A stretch of 53,640 nt of DNA, taken from positions 1 through 53,640 of the forward strand of contig CAZAEI010000005.1 in NCBI GenBank assembly GCA_964484305.1. Direction: 5' to 3'. Under the pieces are notes generated by a model that made no database searches, was not told the origin of the DNA, and saw nothing but the letters and a program-made list of their open reading frames with translations. Of the stretch, positions 27,465 through 39,600 are shown piece after piece (position 1 is the stretch's first letter; every line of letters begins with the position of its first letter). This DNA comes from an uncultured archaeon (lineage in GTDB: Archaea > Aenigmatarchaeota > Aenigmatarchaeia > QMZP01). Both the position numbers and the translations under genes were made by a program.

Positions 27465-30400
27465 TCACTCACCCTTGCTTAAATGTTGCTCAAGGGACGT
27501 TATATAGATTTGCGCCATCCTGAAACGCCCCTGCTTCAGCTTGTCCCTGGCCAGCTTGAGCTCAAGCTCAATCTCAAATGTATCCTCTCCAGCCTTCTTG
27601 AGCCGCTCTATCTTTACATCTATCTCCTCGAGCCTCCCTGCAAAGTCACTGTAGAGCTCCATCTCCTTGTTGCTTATCTTGTGCGGATTATGCCACGTGG
27701 GCCTGAACTGGACAAAGTACGGCTTGCCGTCATTATACTTGGGGTTCTGAAGCATGCCCACGCCGACACCCTGCCTGGATATTTTCTTGGCATACTCCCC
27801 ACCGTACTTGGTCTCCACCTTCTGTATGTCTGTAATAGACTTGGTGTTTAGCTGCACCTCTGTCAGGACATTTCCTGCAATGGCCTCCTTGAAGTCAGCC
27901 AGGACCTGGCTGCACATTATGATGCCTATGCCCCACTTCCTGAACTCCCTGGCTGCCTTCTCCAGGGACACGTAGCCGCCCTTGCCCCCGTACTTCTCAA
28001 GAAGCCTGTGCACCTCATCAAATACCATTATCACCTTTAGCGTGGTGGATTCCTCCCAGTTCATGCTGAAGAGGGAGTCTATTATTATGCCAACGGCCTC
28101 ATCATACTGTCCTGGCTTGAGCTTGTCGAGCGCGAATACCGTGATTTCACCCGGGGCAAGGTATTTTTTAAATCCCTTCTTTATATCACGGAGAAGCTCC
28201 TGGGGGTCTGTCACCTCGAATATCATGCCCTTGAACGGCCTGGTCGACTTCGGGTCCATGCCGAACATGCTGTAGTATTTCATAAGGTTCCTGTCCTCCA
28301 GGGCCTTGACAAAGCCTGTCCACTGGGCAGTGGGGTCGAATACAATCACAGGGATGTTCTTGTCCAGGGCCTCCTCCACAAACACCGAGGCCCCCACTGA
28401 CTTGCCAGCCCCTGTGGCGCCGGCCACTATAATGTGCGTGGTGAGGTCCGCGGGATTGAACCACGCATTCCTGTCTGTTTCAGCAACCCTGCCTATCCAG
28501 AATGAGTCCCCGCTCTCCTGGGGCATCTTTCTGTAGTTAATGGGAAATATGTACCTGGCCCTTTCAGACTTCCACTTCTTATATAATCCCCACCCATAGT
28601 AACCTACGATACCCATGCCCAGCATGGAGAGTATAAGCAGTATGATTTTTCCCTCCCAGGAAGACCAGTAGGGCTCGACCAGATTGAACACTGCCACCTC
28701 ATTTACGGACTTCCCGTCTGCAAAATACGCCCATATATCCAGGTAGTACTGGCCCGTGGGATTGTTCCCTTTCATTTCTATGGATTTCGTGAACGCGAGG
28801 GACTCCTCCAGGAAGACATACTCGCTCGCATCAGCCACTACCCGCTCCCTCTCACTGTCCTTGATTATGTACACTATGCTGACATTGAACCCGGGCGGTA
28901 GTGCCAGGTTTTTGAGCTCCACACCAAACCTGAGCTTGCCCCCCGGGTTGACATTCGGGGTCAGTATATTGATGCTGAGTGAGACCAGGTCCTTGGCCTC
29001 AATGCTCACAGTCATGGTTATGGGTATCTCCTGGCTCCTCCCTGCAGCCGTGACCAGGATGCTTCCTGTATATGTCCCTGTTCCCATGGTATCCGGAACG
29101 GACACCACAACATCTATACTCTCACTGCCATTGTAGGCAATCTCTAGGAGGCTCTTCTCCGGGAATATGAAATCCTCCAGGCCCTGGACGTCCAGGGAGA
29201 CAGTCAGGTTCTCGCTGGCCTTGTTCTTTACCGAGAACAGATAGGTCTTGTTCTCCCCGGGGTGAATCCTGATGCTGCCTATCGAGGTAGTAACAGTAAA
29301 GGGTATGGTCGTTGTGATGGTGCTCACAATCGATGACCTGCTGCTACCCCCTGTACTCCCGGTCCCGTCATCGCCATTACCATTCCCGTTCTCGCCTGTA
29401 CCCTCCCACTCGGCCACCACATAGGACGATGCCCCTGTGGTATTGAAGCCTACCCTATCCTCTATAGTATCCACGCTCGCTGATATGGAGACATTCTCGA
29501 ACCCCCCTGTGCAGGACCTCTCGCTTATGCTCCAGTTCGAGCATCGGTAGACCCCCAGGCTGGACTCTGTTATAGAGCCTATTGGCGTATAGGTGTAGAA
29601 GTCCTGGAGTGCTTGGGTGTAGTCAAGACTGAAACTTGTGATGCTGCTGGTCCTTGTAAGGTTGTGCTCCAGGGCAATCACCATGATGGGGTTCTCGGCC
29701 CCTTCGGGAAGGGTAACCCCTATCTGGGTGGTGTTCTCTGCTGTATAGAGGTCCAGTGTTATCGGGCTGGTCAGGTTGTCTGGATACTCTACTCCGTGCT
29801 GGTTCACAGCAGAGGCATTAACATCCACCCCGTAGAGCAAGACCTCGTGTCCAGAGAACCCCAGCTTCGTGTCATAGACCCTTCTGTGGAGGGTGTGGTT
29901 GTAGCCGCCTGAACTGTTGGCACTGAATCTATCGTGTATCTCCCAGAGGGTGCCGCTCTTGTAGAACGTGAAGTTCGCCTCTATGGCCACCCCGTCCTTG
30001 TCCGCCAGCGTCCCGTTCAGGTCTATCGGATGGTAGAGGTCAAAGTACCCCATGAGCGATGATGAGGTATTGGCCTCGTTCCCTGTGCTGTCGTTGGCAA
30101 AAACCACGGCCCTGTAGTCCCCCTCTGTCAGGGAGGAGCTGAAATTAAACTTCCATGTGCCCGGGGATATCTCGTACATTCCGGACGTATTCCTGAGGGT
30201 TCCCTCATAATAAATCCATGCCCATGCGGATGTTACATTTTCATTGTCAGTCAGGTCAGATTCCATCACCACTTCGCTTCTGCTTCCAGAATATTGAAGG
30301 TTCCCCTCATCATCCACGTCCGAATTCACAACCCTTATGTCATGTATCTGCGGCGCGGTCACGTCCCTGTATATCACTGCATCCGTCTCTTCTGCCGGGA

Positions 30401-33400
30401 AGGATACATCCTCTGTTTCATAGTATCCCGTGAGGTTGAGGATGTTTTTTATGAAATTGCCCGGAATGTCGGGGGCGCTGCAGTTTATGTGCCAGAGCTG
30501 GTCAGTTAGATTATAGGCGCTCTGGACGTTGCCACAGAATAAGCCACCCACCACAACGTACCATGTTATGTTTTCATCCACAGGGCTGCCGCCCATGGTC
30601 GCATTGGCCGTTATGTTCAGGATATCCCACGGCACGATATCAGTAGCAGGGTTACTCTGGTTCGGGAAGAGTATGTCTATGGAGAAGTTTATAACATTGA
30701 GGGAGACAGAGACATTGATGCTCTGGGGGACGGCGTCCTCATTGTTGGCTATGGTTATGTTGGTCAGGTAGAGGCCCTCTGCATATTCGCCTGTGGTGTT
30801 GTGGTAGACCTCGAGGCTGAAGGCCGAAAACGGGGTTAGCGTGAAATTACTAGCCGAGACCGTTATGTTTCCCGTCCCGTTGGCCTGGTCATCCATGGTC
30901 ACATTGAATGACCAGTCTGCATCCTTGCTGTTTATCACCTGGATTGTCCCTATGCTCCCGTTGATGGGGGTTGGGTTGCGCCCTATGGTCTTGTTGAGAT
31001 GGGTATCAGAGACCCTCCAGTCAAGCATGCTCACATTGAGATTGAACACGAGGCTGTCCCAGCACAGGTTTGCCGGGCTGCAGTCCGAGCCAGTGGCATT
31101 TGCTGTTATGTTCGCGGTGTAGAGCCCCACTGTCGCATTATCCGGGACAGTCACTGTTATGTTCACCAGCTGCTTCCCGTCGTGGGGAATCACGCTTACC
31201 GGGGGCTCAGGCGAATAGGTCAGGTTCCACTGGCTGATCTCGCTTGCATTCCCGCCTGAAAGTGAGAAGTTAACAGAGAGCAGCTCGGTGTTCCCAAAGG
31301 ATTCCACAGTGAAGTTGCCCGCCAGGGCAGAGCCTCCCTTGGGCATTGTGTAGTTTAACTCACTCTCGACTATGTTGAGGACTGTGTTGTTCTCCACAAC
31401 AACCCCGGTGGCATTTGAGACATTCCCCTGGGAGGTATCCGAGTTTATCCAGGTCACATTCACATAGATATCCTTGAAGCCCGCTGTGGCCAGGTATGTG
31501 ACATTTACAACAGAGGTCCTGTTGCAGCTCTCTGCGGGCGGTATGGGTGGGCAGTTCACGGTCTCTGCGTGGATGCCTCCTGATGTGAGAGATGTGTTTA
31601 TCCCCACAACGACATCGTACATGCTCTCTGTAGCGCCCGTGTTTGTTATGTTGATGTAGAGGTAGTATGTACTGTTGAATATCTTGGTCAGGTTCCCGGC
31701 CGGCGTTGGGGGCGTCAGGTCTGTCCCCAGTTCCGCTGTGGTTGTTCCGGAGCTTATGTTGAACACTATCTCTGCGCTGTTGTTATCGCTCGCATTATAG
31801 AATATATCTGAGTCATTCGTAATATTGCAGACTATGCTGTGGTTGCCCTCTGAATCAGAGGAGTTTACCCAGTTTATGAGGGACACCCCATCAGAATCCG
31901 TGATATTGGAGCCTATATAAACCCCGTCCCCCCAGAAGCTCACATTGTGGCCCTCGAGCGGCTCTGAGATATTGGCATCCCAGACATAGCAGAACACATC
32001 CATACTGGCGTTCTGCCTGCACACCCAGGTATCATTATAGGTGCAGTTTGTTGATGATATGTTGCCTGCATCCAGGCTGCTCCACCCGTATATATATACA
32101 TAGAGATTCTCAACATCAGGCTTGTAGCGCTCTCCTGAGGCATTGGCAGCCACCCTCCTCAACCCAACAGTCTCATTCAGGGGAATTGTCCATGTTATGT
32201 TGTCAGAATGGTTCAGGGGTGTTTCAGAGAGTATTGACACAGTGTGCGGGTATCCCGAGTGGTAGTTTACGCAGTCCCCGCTGGAATTTGCCAGGCAGAC
32301 GTAGTCTATGTGGACATGGGAAGCGCCACCTTCACCCCCACCATCGCCATAGTCATGAACCGTGATATTGACCCAGAGCGCCGATGAGAAGGAGGCATTG
32401 TAGCAGACCTCCTCGAGCCATACACCGGTTGTGTTGTCAAGCTCGCACATACCAGAGCCAGCATATAGTCTTATGTACGCGTCATTGGCGAACTCCCCGG
32501 TGGGTTTGTACCTTATCTTTATCCCGTCCTGTCCCAGGGGCCAGCCCGCGGAAAGGCTGGCGCTCTGGAGGGCCGGGTCATCTGACCCTTTATTTTCTGA
32601 TGAGAGATAGAGTGAATAACTCCCATTGGTCTCATTGCCCTCCTGCCTGATTTCGCACTGGCAGTACTGGCCTGTGCAGTTCGAGGAGAAGCACCCCCAT
32701 GGAAGAATCACACCTGACTCAAATCCCCCGTTCTCCAGATAACCAAACTCCTCCTGCTCATCAGAGCGGTTGTAAACAACCTCATAGGTCAGGTTCTCCC
32801 ACCCTGACTGGTTGACCAGAAAGACAAGCTCTGAATAGCTGTTGAAATATTCCTGCGACCAATTTATGACAGTTCTGCTGCTGTCGTTCCATGCATTGAT
32901 TCTGCTTGGCACATCCACACCATTCAGGAGGACCCTGGTGTGGTTTATGTCCCAGTCCCCGAAATCGATGTTCCGGGCCTCCAGACCGCTGGCGTTCACT
33001 ATCACCGGAAAGGTCTGCTCATCATATCCAGGGGTCTTGTTTACAGCTGCCTCTAGCCTCCTCTTCCACTTTACAGACCAGTTAACAGAGTAGTTTCCAG
33101 GGCTGCAGAGCCCGCACGTGTCGTTCACACTCGAATTGAAGCCCGCACCATTGCCCCTGTGGAAGAGGCTGTAATCCTGCGGCTCCAGTATGGTGATATT
33201 TAACTCATCGTGCAGGGAGACATTACTCCAGTCCATTTCATTGAGGATGGAGTAGCTCCCGTTCGGCTCTGTCAGGGTCACATTGACCAGATAGTCCTGT
33301 CTTGAATACCCGCACGGAGGGGTCCAGGATATATTGCAGCGCCCGTACTCGGTTGTGTTACTGGAATCCAGATACGTATAATTGAACCAGAAGCTGCAGT

Positions 33401-36314
33401 TGAACCCCGACTGGTTGACATCAAGGCCGTACTGGTCCACCAGCCCGGCCTCGAGGCGGTTGCTCGAGTTCCTGTGAAGGATTCCCCCATCCTCCGGCGC
33501 TGTGAGGCTTATGTTGACCCTCCCGCTTACTGTAAGGACAAAGCCACTGGAGTTCGAATCATTATAGTAGGTGTCATCCCAGACCCCAACCTTCCAGGTC
33601 TGGTTCCCGGCCGAGTAGTTCCCGTCCGGGGTGAAGTGGAAGACACAGTAACCCGATGAATTTGTAGAGCTGCTGTTACCCCCATCAAAACCCGAGCCAT
33701 TGTATGTCACCCAGAGTGTGCAGCTGACGCCCCCCTGGACCCATGTCTCAGTGTCAGTGTCGTTTATCATTACCACAAGCTCCACAGACTCTGACCTGTT
33801 CACCGAGCTCTCGTTGCCAGACACATAGACAACCTCGGTGCTGTGCTTCCTGGCCAGGGGCCCCCAGTATATGATGGTGTTCCGGGAGGAGTGCATTGGC
33901 CAGCCCGAGGAATTGAAGTCCTGATACTGGAACCCATACTTATTCACCCCTGACCAGTCCTTGTCCGAGGACATGTTGAACCAGGCTGTGCCATTGCCTG
34001 TTATATTGGTTGTGCTCCCATTGAACCATGAACCCATGTTCTCCAGCCAGTACCAGAGCGTGACGCTCACGTTGTCCCCGTCCGTGTCATTGACAAAAAC
34101 AGAGTAGTTGAACCACTCTCCCCATAGGCTGTCGTTCAGCGTCACGTTCGGGCTGCTCAGGTTCGCAGGAAGATTGGTGGCCCCGCCTGCCTGGTAGCTC
34201 ACACTGGAATTGGAATAAGGCTGCACCCACCTGAAGAATGTGTCCTTCTTGCAAACATAGAATGTGTCAGAACCGCAGCTGAACGGGGCGTATACAGGAC
34301 TCCCGAAGTCGCATGAGGAATCGTCCTGCTGTGGTGTTATGTTGCATGCCTGGCCAGACCAGGTGACATTCAGGAACAGCATGCCCTTGATTGAGGAATC
34401 ATCAACAGTGGTGTTTCCCGTTATGTTATAGAATGTTGTATTGGTCTCGTTCCATATGTTTATCGTCTTGCTGGAAAGGAAGCAGTCGGTCTCATTTGTA
34501 TAGGAATACCCTGATTCATTGCCCTTCACAGGCACGGCCGATGCCATGCTGTCATCCCAGAAATGGAACGGCTCAGGGAGCGGTCCTGCCTCATTAATCG
34601 TGAAGTCCGGCACATCACATGTGTTGTCCGGGCCCACTGCAGCGGTCTGGCAGGAACTCCCGTTGAAGTCGCACCTGCTGGCAGAGCCCGGAATCTTTAT
34701 GTACCTGACCTCAATGTCATGGTCCGGGCCTGCAGGGAAGCTCACGTTCCTGACCTCATATCCCACACTCTCGTTAACCCGGATATTCCATGTCCTTGAC
34801 GACGTGTTCGTGAGATTGGCATAGCTTACCACACCGCTGGCGTTATAGGAATATGATATATTCAGGCCGGATATATTGAGCCTTCCCTTGGCATCCGAGT
34901 GAAAAATAAGGCTGGTGTTGCATAAACTCTCTCCGCAAGAATCAAGTGCATCCTGGAACTCCCCCGCTATCCCAGTAACGGTTTGCATGGCCCTGAGCTT
35001 CCCTGACTTGTTCCAGTTGTATCCATCATCACCCCCCACGTCCAGCGAAACATTGGTTGGGAAGTAATCGAAATTGAAAACGTAAAGGTTTCCGTCTGAG
35101 ATTGTGGGGACATCACCTGCAAGCATCTCGTTCCCTATATCATTTGTAACGTCTCCTATAGCCACTGTTCTGACTATCTTCCCGGTCTGGTAGCTCCAAA
35201 TCAGATCCCCCGTTGAATCCAGTGTCAATATATCCCCGTTCTCCAGGCCCGCAACGATTTCGTTTCCCGGATATTCTTCAGTTGAGTCATCAATAGCAAC
35301 GTCTCTTACAATCGAACCTGTGGAATAGTTCCAGAGTTCATCACCACTCGAGTTGATAAGATATATCCTGGTGTTCGTCCCAAGGACTATCTCATCATTC
35401 TGGTCCGAGGTGATGTTGCCCGCTCCGACGCTGTTGATGTTAGAGACACTCTTACTCCAAAGGGTGTTTCCCTGTGAGTCAAGAACATAAACATTGGAAT
35501 CCGTGCCCACAACCGTTTCATTGCCTGAGGAGGAGTTTACATCACCCAAAGCAATCTCATTTATCGCCCCTGTGAAACCTGTTGAGTTCCATGCCAGGGT
35601 CTGGTTGTCCCAGTATACATAGACAGTGCTGGAATCCGCAGCGACTATCTCATTAATCTCGTCTCCATCCAGGTCTCCTATCTCCAAAGAATTAACTGCG
35701 TTTGATGGTCCAGCTGAGACATTGAAAGTCCACGCAACGGTCCCTCCCGCATCATTACAGTCTATTATATAAACGCTATTGTTCGAGCTCCCTGTCCCGG
35801 CCACAACCTCATCTCCAGGATTATTGGTCACATTTCCGACATCAGTAGCCAGAACCTCGTAGCTTCCTCCAAGAGAAAGGCTCCATATCAGGGTTCCGTT
35901 CTCCCCGTAAAGAACCCTTATAAGGCCCTCGGCTCCATCGGTTCCAACCACCGTCTCATTCCCATTGTGGGTTGTGATGTTTCCCACAGAGAGGCCCCTC
36001 AACCCAAGGAGGTTAACGGTCTCTGTATAGATTGGCGTCATTATCCCTGTCAGGCTCATGGTTGCGTTCAAAATTGTGGAGTTCTTCGGTACCTGAACAT
36101 AATAGGTCTTGTTCCCCCCTAATATTGGGAAATCGTGTATCTGGAAATAGCCAGAATCATTGAAAGTATCTTGCTCAAACGGGAAAACAGGACTGGCCAG
36201 GTCGAGGACAAACCCCTTCTGGACAGCTGCTGTTATCTCTGGGCTTCTGTACGCAACCAGGAGAAGCAGGAATATTGCTACAACTACGGCTAACCCCGCC
36301 CTTTTTGATACCAT
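27465..36314 (-). CDS. Giant (2949 aa) surface protein fused through a TM helix to a HerA/VirB4/FtsK-like (DUF87-like) ATPase
   Basis: N-terminal signal/TM, FG-GAP-like repeats (IGDLDGDEINEIV etc.), long N/S/T-rich beta-sandwich region, TM (IILLILSMLGMGIVGYYGW). Then HIIVAGATGAGKS, MVFDEVH, REFRKWGIGIIMCSQ. Confidence 0.88.
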   Translation of the reverse strand: MVSKRAGLAVVVAIFLLLLVAYRSPEITAAVQKGFVLDLASPVFPFEQDTFNDSGYFQIHDFPILGGNKTYYVQVPKNSTILNATMSLTGIMTPIYTETVNLLGLRGLSVGNITTHNGNETVVGTDGAEGLIRVLYGENGTLIWSLSLGGSYEVLATDVGNVTNNPGDEVVAGTGSSNNSVYIIDCNDAGGTVAWTFNVSAGPSNAVNSLEIGDLDGDEINEIVAADSSTVYVYWDNQTLAWNSTGFTGAINEIALGDVNSSSGNETVVGTDSNVYVLDSQGNTLWSKSVSNINSVGAGNITSDQNDEIVLGTNTRIYLINSSGDELWNYSTGSIVRDVAIDDSTEEYPGNEIVAGLENGDILTLDSTGDLIWSYQTGKIVRTVAIGDVTNDIGNEMLAGDVPTISDGNLYVFNFDYFPTNVSLDVGGDDGYNWNKSGKLRAMQTVTGIAGEFQDALDSCGESLCNTSLIFHSDAKGRLNISGLNISYSYNASGVVSYANLTNTSSRTWNIRVNESVGYEVRNVSFPAGPDHDIEVRYIKIPGSASRCDFNGSSCQTAAVGPDNTCDVPDFTINEAGPLPEPFHFWDDSMASAVPVKGNESGYSYTNETDCFLSSKTINIWNETNTTFYNITGNTTVDDSSIKGMLFLNVTWSGQACNITPQQDDSSCDFGSPVYAPFSCGSDTFYVCKKDTFFRWVQPYSNSSVSYQAGGATNLPANLSSPNVTLNDSLWGEWFNYSVFVNDTDGDNVSVTLWYWLENMGSWFNGSTTNITGNGTAWFNMSSDKDWSGVNKYGFQYQDFNSSGWPMHSSRNTIIYWGPLARKHSTEVVYVSGNESSVNRSESVELVVMINDTDTETWVQGGVSCTLWVTYNGSGFDGGNSSSTNSSGYCVFHFTPDGNYSAGNQTWKVGVWDDTYYNDSNSSGFVLTVSGRVNISLTAPEDGGILHRNSSNRLEAGLVDQYGLDVNQSGFNCSFWFNYTYLDSSNTTEYGRCNISWTPPCGYSRQDYLVNVTLTEPNGSYSILNEMDWSNVSLHDELNITILEPQDYSLFHRGNGAGFNSSVNDTCGLCSPGNYSVNWSVKWKRRLEAAVNKTPGYDEQTFPVIVNASGLEARNIDFGDWDINHTRVLLNGVDVPSRINAWNDSSRTVINWSQEYFNSYSELVFLVNQSGWENLTYEVVYNRSDEQEEFGYLENGGFESGVILPWGCFSSNCTGQYCQCEIRQEGNETNGSYSLYLSSENKGSDDPALQSASLSAGWPLGQDGIKIRYKPTGEFANDAYIRLYAGSGMCELDNTTGVWLEEVCYNASFSSALWVNITVHDYGDGGGEGGASHVHIDYVCLANSSGDCVNYHSGYPHTVSILSETPLNHSDNITWTIPLNETVGLRRVAANASGERYKPDVENLYVYIYGWSSLDAGNISSTNCTYNDTWVCRQNASMDVFCYVWDANISEPLEGHNVSFWGDGVYIGSNITDSDGVSLINWVNSSDSEGNHSIVCNITNDSDIFYNASDNNSAEIVFNISSGTTTAELGTDLTPPTPAGNLTKIFNSTYYLYINITNTGATESMYDVVVGINTSLTSGGIHAETVNCPPIPPAESCNRTSVVNVTYLATAGFKDIYVNVTWINSDTSQGNVSNATGVVVENNTVLNIVESELNYTMPKGGSALAGNFTVESFGNTELLSVNFSLSGGNASEISQWNLTYSPEPPVSVIPHDGKQLVNITVTVPDNATVGLYTANITANATGSDCSPANLCWDSLVFNLNVSMLDWRVSDTHLNKTIGRNPTPINGSIGTIQVINSKDADWSFNVTMDDQANGTGNITVSASNFTLTPFSAFSLEVYHNTTGEYAEGLYLTNITIANNEDAVPQSINVSVSLNVINFSIDILFPNQSNPATDIVPWDILNITANATMGGSPVDENITWYVVVGGLFCGNVQSAYNLTDQLWHINCSAPDIPGNFIKNILNLTGYYETEDVSFPAEETDAVIYRDVTAPQIHDIRVVNSDVDDEGNLQYSGSRSEVVMESDLTDNENVTSAWAWIYYEGTLRNTSGMYEISPGTWKFNFSSSLTEGDYRAVVFANDSTGNEANTSSSLMGYFDLYHPIDLNGTLADKDGVAIEANFTFYKSGTLWEIHDRFSANSSGGYNHTLHRRVYDTKLGFSGHEVLLYGVDVNASAVNQHGVEYPDNLTSPITLDLYTAENTTQIGVTLPEGAENPIMVIALEHNLTRTSSITSFSLDYTQALQDFYTYTPIGSITESSLGVYRCSNWSISERSCTGGFENVSISASVDTIEDRVGFNTTGASSYVVAEWEGTGENGNGNGDDGTGSTGGSSRSSIVSTITTTIPFTVTTSIGSIRIHPGENKTYLFSVKNKASENLTVSLDVQGLEDFIFPEKSLLEIAYNGSESIDVVVSVPDTMGTGTYTGSILVTAAGRSQEIPITMTVSIEAKDLVSLSINILTPNVNPGGKLRFGVELKNLALPPGFNVSIVYIIKDSERERVVADASEYVFLEESLAFTKSIEMKGNNPTGQYYLDIWAYFADGKSVNEVAVFNLVEPYWSSWEGKIILLILSMLGMGIVGYYGWGLYKKWKSERARYIFPINYRKMPQESGDSFWIGRVAETDRNAWFNPADLTTHIIVAGATGAGKSVGASVFVEEALDKNIPVIVFDPTAQWTGFVKALEDRNLMKYYSMFGMDPKSTRPFKGMIFEVTDPQELLRDIKKGFKKYLAPGEITVFALDKLKPGQYDEAVGIIIDSLFSMNWEESTTLKVIMVFDEVHRLLEKYGGKGGYVSLEKAAREFRKWGIGIIMCSQVLADFKEAIAGNVLTEVQLNTKSITDIQKVETKYGGEYAKKISRQGVGVGMLQNPKYNDGKPYFVQFRPTWHNPHKISNKEMELYSDFAGRLEEIDVKIERLKKAGEDTFEIELELKLARDKLKQGRFRMAQIYITSLEQHLSKGE

Positions 36315-36390
36315 GTATTATAATTACTTAACTTCATAATAAACCTTAACGGTTAACGTTGCGACAACTAACCAATAAAAAGCATCGGTT

Positions 36391-36606
36391 CTACTTTGCG
36401 TTCTTGATGACTTCCCTGAGGCTGGCTACTTCCTTCCTGAGCTCCCTCATCTCGTTGCTGAGCTGGAGCTCCTCCTCATCGAACTTCCTTGTTATCACCC
36501 TGAGTTGCCTGAACTCGAACTCCAGGATGACGAGGTAGACAACCACCACCGTGGAGAATATGACGAGCAACTCCAGTATGGGTACGTCAATGCCGAATAT
36601 GTACAT
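36391..36606 (-). CDS. 71-aa bitopic membrane protein with a C-terminal coiled coil
   Basis: Hydrophobic LELLVIFSTVVVVYLVIL followed by heptads; its ATG directly follows the upstream TAG. Confidence 0.7.
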   Translation of the reverse strand: MYIFGIDVPILELLVIFSTVVVVYLVILEFEFRQLRVITRKFDEEELQLSNEMRELRKEVASLREVIKNAK

Positions 36607-39600
36607 CTAGATACCCCCGTACGCCTGCGGCCTCCTTGACCTTACCTCCCTCAGACGCCTGAAGGAGAAGTATATCAATATCAGAGACACCATCACTATC
36701 ATGAGAATCTCAAGGGATTCGGGAATGCCCCCTGACACACCCATTACATAGAAGTTCCCTGTGGCAGAGGCCAGGACAGCAAAGTCCTCCCTGAATCTTG
36801 CCGAGGCGACATACATGCCGGACGGGGCAGCAGCGGGAATCACGAACTTCTCGTATGTCTCGGTCTTCTCCAGGGGCTCCATCCCCTCCAGACTCTCTAT
36901 GTTGGTGAATATCACATCCATTCCAGGCGTGTATATCTCAACCTCAAGGTAGGGATAATCAATCTTCTCCCCCCCGTTAATCACCAGGATCTCCAGGCTC
37001 ACGGGGCTGTTGAGGTTATACCTGTCCCTGTCAGGTGTTATTATAATAGTCGGGTAGCTCTCCTTGTATATCACCGTTATGGTCTTGAGCAGGCCTGCAT
37101 CCATCCTATCCACGGTTATGCTGCTAGTCTCCGGGCCCCCTGTGAATGGAAGCCTGTTGCCAAAACCATCCCTCACCTCCTCCACGTTCTGATAGGCAAT
37201 GGGAAGATTCAGGATAACATTCTCATAGCTCTCCTGGGCAAAGCTCTTGAGGTAGACATCCATCTTGAGCCTGACCTTCTTTTCAGGCAGCTGCTCCAGA
37301 ACCTCGATATCCCTGTCTATCTCAAGGACAGGGGGCGTCAGCACAGTAACCTCATAACTCCTGGTCTCAAATGCATTTATCGAGCCCTGCCATTGCATGA
37401 CCCTCCTTCCCTGTGAGTCCTTTGAGAATACAACAACCTCTTCTATCCTCCTTCCACTTTCATCAAAATAGCTTACATATCCGTCTGTTGCATCATCAAA
37501 AACCACGGCTTCGAAATCTGAACTGAGCCTTCTCGGATTCGGGTTGTATACATCAAAGTCCTTGTTCCATACAGCGGGCTTGCCCACAAGCACGGTCTTG
37601 GACTGCTTGAGTTCCCCCTCATCTATTGTCAGGGGTATGTTGGGCTCTGGTATGACTACCTTAACCACTCCATAGAGTGTGGTTGCCAGGGATGCTCCTG
37701 TATCAGGGTCGAATGCAGCTATCATGACAGGAAGCACATATGCCCCGGGGGTGGTGAAGTTTATCTGGTAAATAACCTCTATGTATTCATCATTCGTGAG
37801 GTTCCAGCCCTGGTATGTCCCGTTCACGAACTCGAACATCTGGACAGTTAGGCCATCTGAAAGGCTTGTCGTCCCGTTATCGGTTATATGGTAATCCACA
37901 CCATAGGTCAATACAGTGCCGTTGCGAATCACAACAGCATCGCCATTAGAGAAATTACCCCAATAGTCAGTATAGCTTATGGTGTTGTCAGGGACATAAT
38001 CCATGAACTTTATTCCTGATATGCCAGAACCCATGGTGTCCTCAACAGAAATGTTTATGGTTGTATTAATCAGCGTGGGGGTGCCGGGTGTGTAGGCTAT
38101 GAGGTCCTTGTAGCCAGTTATCCTCTTTCCTGACACAGTGACTGTCTGGTTGTTGAAGTATTCCCTGTCCTGGGTGTCAGAACTCGAGTTGAGTTGCCCG
38201 ATGCCCGAGAATACGTATTCATCACCGGTTGTCATCGCAATATCGGATGTGACCTTATATGATATCGTCAGGTTGTCGCTGTCGCTGCCACCGTTCGAAT
38301 TAAAGGTGTGACCGACCTTGTCCGATGTGCCCCAGAATACGCAGTTGGGAAGGTCGTATATGCTGACATTAACAAGACCGTCAGAGCTTTCTGTGGGGTC
38401 TGTTATCTCCAGCACGCAGTTGCTGTCGTTCTTGAGCCTGTAGGTTTCGTTCAGGTATATCACGACATCGTCCTGTATGTCCCAGCCGCTCCCCCTCCAG
38501 TACCCCAGATGTGTTTTGCTGGGAACATAGGAAAGAATCTGTACAAAATGGGGCTCTGTCTCATTGGCACCCACATTGTGAAGGGTGTCGTTTATTGTCA
38601 CATTTTCACCACCCATTTCAGGGGAGATCGTGCCAGAGACTGACTTTATACCATCCAGGTCGACCATGTATAGCACGGGAAGGTCCAGTGTTGTGTTTAT
38701 GTATGTTATATTGTTCTCGCTGTTTGTGGAGTTCCATATCACCTCCCAATTAAAGTAGACAGCTATATAGGGCTTGGAACCCGACGATGTATTGAACATG
38801 GTCTTGTTCGATGACCTTGAGGCATCGGTTGTGTATATCCTCCCATCATCGGGCGTTATGAGGTCAGTGGTCCCCGGAGTCACATTGAATCTCCCTGTCT
38901 GGTTGGCCGTGTCATAGGGCACACCCGATGACTGTATCTCATATATACCCCATTCGCTTATGTTGTATGTTAGGTTGTAGCCAGTGTCTGCTGCATCGCC
39001 CATGTTCCTTATGAGGCCCCTCACATACCAGAACCCCCCGTTTGAGGAGAGGTCAACACCATGCCTGATTGGTCCCCTAGTGAACTTGTCAGAAACCGTT
39101 ACCCCCGAGAACATATAGCTCGTGTTTGAATAGGTGGCGTTCTGACCGTCCCCTGAACCGGGCTGCAGGTCCACGCTGTCCGTCGTTCCGCTTATGTGAA
39201 CCCCTCCCGTTATGTTCAGCACGACAGTCAGGTTGACAGTCGAGGCTTTCCCTACATCCACGCTCGACCATGTTATGTAATCATTGAGTGTGCCAGTATC
39301 ATCACCACCATCATCAGAGACGGATACTGAACCGTCCTGTGCCGATGTGTCTATAACCGCAGGCTCGTCATTACCCTCAACATCCTTTACAAAGTTGATG
39401 ATTGATGTGATATCAACAAGGTCCCTTGTCGAGCTCGGGTTAGTGAGGCTGAAAACCAGGGTCATGTTGTTGTCAGGGTCATCTATGTTGGACTCATCAT
39501 AGAGGTCGTATCCCCCCCTGTCATTGGAATAATAAACCGAGAGGTTTATGGTCGGGGCAATGTTGGCAACATCATTGTCTATTGTGTAGCTGGTTGAGGA

